64,000 bases of DNA from contig OX597837.1 of the NCBI GenBank assembly GCA_951406725.2, forward strand, positions 16,616,001 to 16,680,000, in the 5' to 3' direction. Positions 54,664-64,000 of the stretch are shown in pieces. Source of the DNA: Octopus vulgaris. Its lineage: Eukaryota. A model generated the notes under the pieces. It did not search any database. It was given only the letters and a program-made list of their open reading frames with translations, and was not told the origin of the DNA. How positions within the stretch are numbered: the stretch's first letter is position 1; every line of letters starts with the position of its first letter. The position numbers and the translations under genes are program-made.

Positions 54664-55493
54664 TTATTTAAATATCCTAGAAACCATGTTAAAGATATAG
54701 AATAAGATATTTTTCAAATTATGGAAATGTAGCACTGGTGGTGCATATAGAAGTTGTAAGAAGCTTGTGATGAACCAACTATGCTACATGTTCATGTTAA
54801 TCACACAGGTTTTTGAAAGAACAGAGTAACAAAAATGCAAATGTCATCAACTCACTGAAACAGCGGTAAGTATGCGATATCATTCACAGATACAAATATA
54901 CATTGTCATCATCATCATCATCATTATCATCATCATATGTTTGCTTTCCATGCTGGCATGGCTTGGATGATTCAACAGAATCCTATGCTGGAGGACCATA
55001 TCTAGTTTGAACATCTCAGTTTTAGCTTGGTTTTTATTGCTGGATGTCCTTCCTAACACTAACCACTTTACAGAATGTATTAGGTATATTTGTGCATGAC
55101 ACCAGCACTAGAGAGGTTGCCTTACTCTTGACAAGACAAAAGAGTCTTCTCAAACCCTGCATTGTCTCTCCTCAATAACCTAGTAACTTTACAGAGTATA
55201 CTGGGTACCTTTTCATAGCTTTAGTACTATTGAGGTGACCTTATAAACCACAATGCAAAAGAGACTCCACCACTGAAAGAGAGGAGAGACTTTAGATGAG
55301 GTGTCGGGAGAAGCTACAGTATGCTGGGTAATACAGATTTATTGCTGTGAAAGGATAGCATTAGAGAAAATAGCAATATGATGAGAGGAGCAAACTTTTT
55401 GTTGTGATATGGAGAGATTAACAGAGAATGCAGGCAAGGAGGAGGAAGAAGTAAAGCACATTCTCAAAGTAACACAAATAAAATATTACTCAC

Positions 55494-55701
55494 GATGTTT
55501 TAAATCCACTACTTGGAATGAATTCCTTTCCCAGATTTTTCTTAGACTCTTTCTGTCTGTATTGGCGTGCCAACCTTACTGGATCACAATAAGCTTCCCC
55601 ATCCATGACACGGGAAAATGTTTCCGTGAAATAACCAGCTTGTGTAGCAGATATTTTTTTCTCACCAGGAACATAAAAATTTTTACCTTTTATGCGTGGA
55701 C
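55494..55701 (-). CDS. CFAP96: CFAP96 exon: PRIKGKNF...QAGYFTETFSRVMDGEAY...KKNLGKEFIPSSGFKT
   Basis: TC|GTGAGT donor in phase 2; QAGYF, GEAY and KKNLGK.F.PS match recalled UPF0602; the AAG acceptor is the less certain boundary. Confidence 0.85.
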
Positions 55702-56189
55702 CTTTGAAACAGAAGTAGGATAAAGACAATAATAATAATAATAATGATGGTGATTTCAAATTTTGGCACAGGGTTAGCAGTTATGTGGGGAGAAGATTAG
55801 TCATTTGCATTGACCCCAGTTCTCAAATGGTACTTATTTTTATCAACACTGAAAGAAGTGACGCAAACTCAGAATGAGAAGAGTTGGAAGAAATATTGCT
55901 AAGCATTTTGTCTGACACACTTACAATTCTGCCAGCTCTCCACCTAAATAATGATAATAATAATAATCCTTTCTTCTGTAGGAAAAAGGCCTGAAAATTT
56001 TATGGGAGGGGGGCTAGTTGGTTTCATTGACCACAGTGCTTAACTAGTACTTCCTTTAGCAACTCCAAAGAAGAAATACCATTAAATATTTTGTGTGGCA
56101 TGCTAACAATTCTACCAGTTCACCACTAATTAATATTAATATAACAACAACAACAATAATAATAATGTTACTGTTGTGTTGAAGAAGAA

Positions 56190-57140
56190 ACATGCTTAGG
56201 TACAAGGTAGGAAGAGGCTTCATAAGATGAAAGATCTTTGTTGTGAATGAGAAAAACAGTTTGGGATGGTACATCAAACAGCAGATTGAACCCTTGCTTG
56301 TTGCATGTTTGAAATAGCAACATGATACCCACCAAAAAATGTGACACATTCAAAGACATTTAAGAAACAAGATGAAGAACAAAAATTAAATAATTGGAAA
56401 ATGAAAACAATGCATGGGTAATACTTCAGATAAATTTAAGGTCATTGGCAAGACCAACACTTGGAGGTGGCTAAGGAAAAGTGATCTGAAAGGATGCACT
56501 GAGGCATTGATATGCAACATTCAGGAAGAAGCTCTGAGAACTAATTATACCAAGCTCGAAATAGATAAGAGCAGTGAATTTCCCCTTTGTAGGATGTTTG
56601 ACAACAAAAACGAAACAATACCACATGTTGTGAGTAGGTGTAGCAAATTGGCCCCAAAAGAATACAAAACGTGGCATAATAACATGGCTAAGTTTGTTCA
56701 CTGGAGATTGTGTGTAAAATATAGTCTTGGAAAAACATGGAAATGGTGTAAACATGAGCCAAAAGACATCTCTAAGAATACTGAATATAATATCTTGTGT
56801 GATTTTACAATCCACTGTAACTCTCTAATAGATGCTCAAAGATCAGACATTGCTGTAGTGAATAAAAGGGAAAAGAAAACTAAGATTATAGATATTGTCA
56901 TACCAAGGGATGCACACGAGCTAGAAAAGGGTGAAAAAATGCAAGTTACTAAAAGATAAAATTACAAGACAATGGGCAATGAAGAGAATAACTATCATGA
57001 TGTAGTCACAGGGGTACTAAGAGCACTAACAATGAAGTCTGAGAAATATGTCAGAGAAATTGGAATTGACATGAAGGTAGAGCATGCTCAAAAACTGCTC
57101 TACTCGGGACAGTGAAGATTTTGAGATTGCTATTTGGGAG
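56190..57140 (+). mobile_element. R4/Dong-like LINE C-terminal fragment (zinc knuckle + RLE)
   Basis: ORF 56414-56959: TEALIC.IQEEALRT, CRM....ET..HVVSRC, RSDIAVV and IIDIVIP. Confidence 0.85.
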
Positions 57141-57999
57141 TTCTATAAAAAATACCTTCCTTCAGATGTGTCACCACAGCAACAAGTGCCTGAAAATGTA
57201 AACATATGGACTGCAATGCCTCTATACAAAAACTGCAAACCTGTGAATGAAATTTTGATAACATTAATCACATATGCATTCATTCATATCTATACAAATA
57301 CTTTATATATATGCACATTACTGTTTGTTCTTGGTCTCTCACTTATCCATCAATAATAATTATAAATACGTAAGAAACTTCAGCACATATCCATGGGCAG
57401 TATTCAGTCAAAAAGTAAATGCTGTGAAGCAGATCTGTCTCTCCATGTCACTGCCCAAACGAATAACAAAATAAAAAAAAAGTAGAACGATGGGCAGATA
57501 CTGTGAAATGGTCTATTATTTACACACACTGCTGTGCAACACTTCTCCAAAAACATACAGGCATAAACTCATACTGTAAATACCCAATAAATTAAACAAA
57601 GCCCACAACGTGTACCATAGAAGTCTGATAACCAACAGAAGAACAGAACCTGCACTGCACAAACAACACACAATACAAAAACTAATAGAACAAAAGACTA
57701 AAACCAAGCCCCATAACAAAACATTCTGATGCAATATTTTTCAAAAGGATAAAATAAAATTCAGCACACACCTCACCAGCACAAAAGGGCAGCAAATGAT
57801 GCAATAGAACGTTATTTGAAACTCAAATGTCAAAAAATAATAGTGGTAATGATGATGGTGACAAATGTTACCTTACCTCAGTTTATGAGAGATGAGTGTT
57901 TGTCAAGAAACTCTGGTTGTAACAGCGAAAATGAAGTTGGACCTTTAAGGAAAGGCCTCTCCCTTTGCAGTGGTTCAATAAAGATGCAGACTGACTACA

Positions 58000-59450
58000 G
58001 CTGATATCCTAATACAATATTAGCAGATAATAAAGCAAGGAGGACAAAGTAGACTAGTGAAGAAAACAGGATAGTGATGCAATACTACATAGAAAGTGAA
58101 TTAGAATGAAAGGGATATAGAAAATGGATGTAAACACTTTGAGTAGAGAAGGCTATGTTTAAAGTGATTGAGCAGAGACTAGTAGATCAAGATAAGGCTA
58201 TTAATAGAAGCGAGTGGATGTCAGAATTGGAGGTGGAGGATATCACAAGAGAACTGGGAAAGAAAGACCAGGCAGTAGGAAAGACAAACAACATAAGAGG
58301 TACAATTCAAACCAAAGAAGAACCAAAAGAAAAAAAATAATAATAGCACTACCAACAAGGAAGAGACAACTGGCACTAGAGATTTAAGTGATTTAAGTGA
58401 GAAAGACCAGAAGATTTTAGAAGAATTGCAAGAAGCAATGAGTAAGAAAATGATTACCAGTATTAAAAGGCACCAACAGAAGGAAGCTGTAAGAAATGAC
58501 CAGAAAAATAGATTCTGTTATCAGTAAGATAGATACTAAAAATATAGGAGAGACTAACTTACTGATCTATGTAAGAGGGCTAATAGTTACTAGTAGATTA
58601 GACATTCCACAAGGAAAGATTAGAAAAGAGCAAATGTGGAAAAGGAGATTACAAAAAGTGAAGACTTAAAGACAAGATCTGGGTTAAATAAAAGCCTCGA
58701 AACTGAACAAGTTAGGAAACACGAGATTTAAATCTTCTCTTGAGAAAAAATACTTAGTCAAAGAGAAAAGATTTGGGACAGTCATAGAAGAGTTGAAGCA
58801 GCATATCATAGCAATTGTAGGTAAGCTTTCCTGATATCGGAAAAGAATAGATCAGTATCAACAGAACAGATTATTTGAGACAGAACAAAGGAGATTTTAT
58901 AACCAAATAAATAGTGAAAAAGAAAGTACTGAAGATGAGAAATCTAATGCAGAAGAAGCTAGAAAGTTCTGGAGTTATATTTGGGACAAGCCAGTCAATC
59001 ATAATGGAGATGCAGTACAGTTAAAGAAAGCGAGGGAAGAACTAGTGAGTGAGAAGTAACCAGATCTAAAACTAACTAGTGTATTAATGTGTAAAGTGTT
59101 AGAAAAAATGCCGAATTGGAAGGTCCAGGACTAGATTTAGTTCAAGGGGACTGGCTAAAGAAATTTAGTAGCTTACAAGGGAAACTGAGGGAACAGATTC
59201 AGGATTACTTTAATGGAAGAATAATACCAGATTGGATGATTAGAGGGAGAACAGTACTTCTTATGACAGACAAAATCAAGGGTAATACAGCTAACAATTA
59301 TAGACCAATCACTTGCTTGCCAGAAATACTTTCAGAAAGCATTTACAAGCACCTTGCTTGCCAGAAATACTTTCAGAAAGCATTTACAAGCACCTTGATA
59401 GCCAGAATTTACTGCCAGAAGAACAAAAAGATTGCAGGAAGAAGGCTAGA
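58000..59450 (+). mobile_element. R4/Dong-like LINE N-terminal and early RT fragment
   Basis: EQRLVDQ, QQNRLFE, PGLDLVQGDWLKKF, GRTVLL and NYRPITCLP; 41-bp internal tandem duplication near 59312-59393. Confidence 0.8.
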
Positions 59451-59599
59451 GATATCCACCCACTTGTTTTTCATCTGTGAATTTTTTTATTATTTTATCT
59501 AAAATAGTTATTTGTAAGTCTGTCATTGAGGTAAGTGTTGATATTGTGGATGATGTCTCCTTTAGAATTCTTTCTGATTCCATTGATTCTGTTTGTTGT

Positions 59600-60170
59600 T
59601 TTCTGGACATGTTGGTGTATACATATGAAGCAGGGCCGTCTCCTAGAAAGGACTTATAATTTGTCTATTTTCCAACTTACTAGGAATTTGGTTTTTACTA
59701 AATTATCTCTAAGACCCTTAGATTCTAGGCCTTGCTTCCACACTTGAAATTTCTTCCCTGGGTTAGGTAATGATTCAGTTATAAGAACAATGTCATCAGC
59801 ATAGAGGAGCTCCCAGAGGTAGCTAGTCTTGAGTTCCTCTGTAATGGCCAGGAGGATTATGAAAAACAGGAGAAGGCTAAGCACCGATCCTTGATAAACT
59901 CCTACCTGTACACTGAACTCGTTAGTATATTCTTTGCCAACATTCACCTTACTGGCAGCATCCTTGTACATTGCTTATATAGCTCTCACTAACCACCCAT
60001 CTATCCCTAGCTTCCACATTGATTACTAGATAAAGGAGTAACAGAGCCTGTCAACAAAAGTCAAGTACAGAAGTTTATTTTTGGCTAAATACTTCCCCTG
60101 AAGTTGCCTTACCAGGAATATAGCATCAGTTGTATTTCTCTCAGGCACAAAACCAAACTGCAACTCACTT
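59600..60170 (-). mobile_element. RTE LINE RT fragment
   Basis: ORF 59654-59971: VGVYQGSVLS, LLYADD and GLRDNLVKTK. Confidence 0.85.
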
Positions 60171-60225
60171 TACAATTGATAACTGTAACTGTACTGAAAT
60201 GACTGAATATGACCTTTAAATACCT

Positions 60226-60304
<79 letters not shown>

Positions 60305-62379
60305 TATTATTTTTATCTTTTGCTTATTTCAGTCATTGAACTGCAGCCATGGTGGGTTACTGTTGCAGAATATGTAGTGAGTGGACACAGAAGTTGGGTG
60401 TTAGGAGGACATGTTGTGGATCAGGGATTCAACAGGGACAGATAGGTGTGTCAGGGTGATGAGGGAGAGCAGGAGATTGAGGAAAAAGGAAAACAGTGAG
60501 TGGTGGGGGAATGGAGAGGGAGTTAGGAAGATGGGTTATGAGAAAGAGGTGTCCGTGACAGATTGTGTATAGCGGCATGGATATAAAACAACATGTCATT
60601 ATGACCTTGATTTAACTTAGCTGGGCAGGTCTTCTCAAGTATAGTAAATCATCAATCATATTTGTCTTTTGTCATCTCCTATGTAAGGTACAACATCTGA
60701 AGATCCTTTTTCACCACTTTGTCCCACATCTTCCTCTTCCACAGGTTACCTTCACATTTAGAAGTTGGCACTTCTTTATGCAGTTGTCTTTATCCATATG
60801 AATTGCATAACCACACCAACACAGTCTTCTCTCTTGTACACTGACATTGTATGTCTAGTGAAGTAGGATGGCTTCACAAAGTAAGCACATGTTTATAAAT
60901 ATAAAATAATGCATTCTGCACTTTCCCCATCATCCAATAATTCTCTATTTTTAAACATCTTCCAAGAAATGTTGCCATCTCTGTCTTACATACTGTTTAG
61001 CTAAATTAACAGGACAAGAAATATTGATATGAAATAACCCCCAAAATGTAACATAATCTAATTAGAAGGAGAAATATATTGTTTGTTGTCAAACTACAGC
61101 ATCAGCAGCAACAACAACAACTATAACAAGACTGCTGCTGTAATTGTTACTGTTGTTAAATAGTTATAATTTGTTCTGCTCCAGCAGGTTTGCTGGCGCC
61201 ATATGCAACTAATAGACCAAATTCATGACAGTATTTCCATCAATTTCACATATCACAAGTAATCAGTTGAGTATTTTGACCACCTGCACTGCCAATACTT
61301 TACAATATTTATCATCATCATTATCATCATTTAACGTCTGCCTTCCATGCTGGAATGGGTTGGACAGTTTGACAGGAGCCAGCCAGGCAGAAGACTGCAT
61401 AGTTTTTATGGCATAGTTTTTATGGCTGGATGCCCTTCCTAACACCAATCACTATGCAGAGTGGACTGAGTGCTTTTTATGTGGGACCAGCACAGACGAG
61501 GTCAGTCGTGGCATGGTTTTTACCACTGGATGCCCTTCCAAATGCCAACCACTTCACATTGTATTCTGAATGGTTTTTATGTGGCACCAGCACTGGCAAG
61601 ACAAGGAACCTTGGAGGAAATGATCTTGTGTCAGATGATGAAAGGTTAGAGTGGAACAGAGAGATAAAAACAGATGTCTTGCTGTAGAGCTCTCTCTCTC
61701 TTTGTATATATATATATATATTAGAAGGTTTAGAGATGATGTTCAGGTATTATATATTAGAAGAAATAAGGTACTCAGAAATCTAGATGGTATTATATTT
61801 ACAGATATTTATTAATATGTCACATGTTTTTATAAATCATATATTAGCGCTTGCATCCACTCTAGTAGAGTCTTCAGATTGAACTTTTTCAGAAAATTTG
61901 TCTCTTTTTATAGAATTATTGAGTGTGTAGGGGTGGAGAGAGATATAAGATAGTACAAGAGGGTGAAAAATGGAGAGAAAGTGAGAGAGTACATGTGTGC
62001 GTGTGCGCGTGTGCTTTTGTATCTGAAGGAAGTGTCAATGGAAAAGAGAAGGAAAGGAAGAAGGAAGAGAGAAAGAAGAAAAATATGTACTTGTGAGCGC
62101 GCGCATGTAAGCTAATTAAGTGGAAGGTTGTTATAGAGACCCCTAATTCAATTCTTGCTATTATGAATCGGAAGTCCCTTGATGCAAAAGCATTTCCAAA
62201 GGACTGGATTTTACTACGTTCATTGGAGAAGACGATTACCGTTTCCATTCCTCTAATTAGCACACATACGCACGTACATACACATCTTGCAACAGACTCT
62301 CGGACATGGATTTCTGACGATTGCCATCTAAGTTATAGGATCCGCTCTTGACCCCCCCCCCCATCAAATCCTGCCATTA

Positions 62380-62975
62380 GATCCCAGGATGACTGGACGA
62401 TATAGGATAGTTGAATGTCATTTCTGTTAATGACCTGACTCAAAGCAATTACATTCTAAGAGACATTTATGTCATATCGAATGACACGAATTCAACGATC
62501 CAATTCCTGACGTCTGTAAGACTGATTCACAATTCTTCCGAGTGTTGTAATCAGCCTATGTTCCTTTCGACGTGGCATCGAGTACCCGAAGGAAGAATGT
62601 GGAGGTGTTCTGTTTTTCATCGATATCGGAGCATTAGACAGGATTCGTTTTTCTGGGTGCTCGTCTACTGTTGACTCTCCTGTTAGAGTTGATGTATTAC
62701 TGAGCCGAGATAGATTGCAAACAGTGTGTTGGAATAAGGCAAGTTGGAATTGCATCGGAAGCAATTGTTAACTGGTACAATTACTTTCACGATGTTTGTG
62801 CTATATGGAGGATTGACAATTCTGTGCAACCTGGAGGGTACGATGCTGTTGTGGAAATTGATGAATCCAAGTTCATGCACAAGAAGTATTATCGTGATCA
62901 TTATCGGCAAGGCCACTCGGTTCTTGGAATGATCGAACGCAGTAGTCTGAAATGTGTTTTAGTTCCTTCCAAGAC
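62380..62975 (+). mobile_element. Merlin (IS1016-like) transposase fragment
   Basis: WRC...SIRQDSFF and GG..AVVEIDESKFMHKKYYR...VLGMIERSSLKCVLVP; truncated at a (CA)n run. Confidence 0.82.
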
Positions 62976-63012
62976 ATGCGCAAGCATATACAGACACACA
63001 GACACAGACACA

Positions 63013-63055
<43 letters not shown>

Positions 63056-63510
63056 ACTAATACACACATGTACACCCACTATCTTTCATATACACGTACA
63101 TTTCATATACATATACATACATCATTCACTTTCTCCTCTGACTTCAAAGTGAATGTCGCCTTCCACACTTCATGAAAACAAAAGTAAAAAATTAAAGATT
63201 TTTATGGAAATTAACGAACAGTCTAACTGTTCTATAACAGTCATGCTGCTATAGGTAGAAGAAAAATCAAAAACATTCTACAAAAATTGGATTCTACCAT
63301 TACAATATTGCGTACATCAGATTTGTATCACTTTTATTTTATTTCAAAGGAAACAATTCTTTCACTTCTCCGGTCGAGTTTCCGACAAAAGCCAATCTTC
63401 GCAGATTTCAGTAGTTTCACTTTCTGACGTATAAAACGAAACATTGCTCAAGATTGTATAAGTAATTATTCTCCCTCTGTCTCCCACTTGGTAAATTCTG
63501 CTGATTAAAA

Positions 63511-64000
<490 letters not shown>

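Noticed and set aside
57400-57460. Minus-strand SDMER as the missing first CFAP96 exon
   Set aside because: The following residues do not match GLF...GDxY and a stop follows.

Overview
This is AT-rich, microsatellite-dense eukaryotic (animal) genomic DNA. The SINE families and repeat landscape suggest an octopus or other coleoid cephalopod, but that is inference only. Two convergent protein-coding genes are recoverable. (1) A + strand gene built on one 4.4-kb exon (ATG 22711, MGQNLS; KKRQAPLPPP motif, 24-Pro run, WH2-like segment), whose apparent stop lies inside a GTAAGT donor, with a phase-compatible terminal exon at 30647-30725. (2) A - strand CFAP96/C4orf47 (UPF0602) orthologue assembled by hand from six phase-consistent exons between 55701 and 33451; its first coding exon was not found. 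Most of the remainder is transposon-derived: Hsmar1-like mariner, Tc1, DD37D/maT, Merlin, Helitrons, MITEs, CR1-like, RTE, BovB-like, R4/Dong-like and HERO-like LINE fragments, and tRNA-derived SINEs. The most notable observations are an RTE family with a PHD finger inserted inside its reverse-transcriptase ORF and a variable 3'-UTR hairpin array, a near-canonical minimal hammerhead ribozyme, a CORE-type SINE whose tail shares a covarying stem-loop with the local CR1-like LINE, and a roughly 490-bp fold-back palindrome. Most short ORFs in the supplied track are microsatellite artefacts. All comparisons with known proteins are from recall, not from searches.
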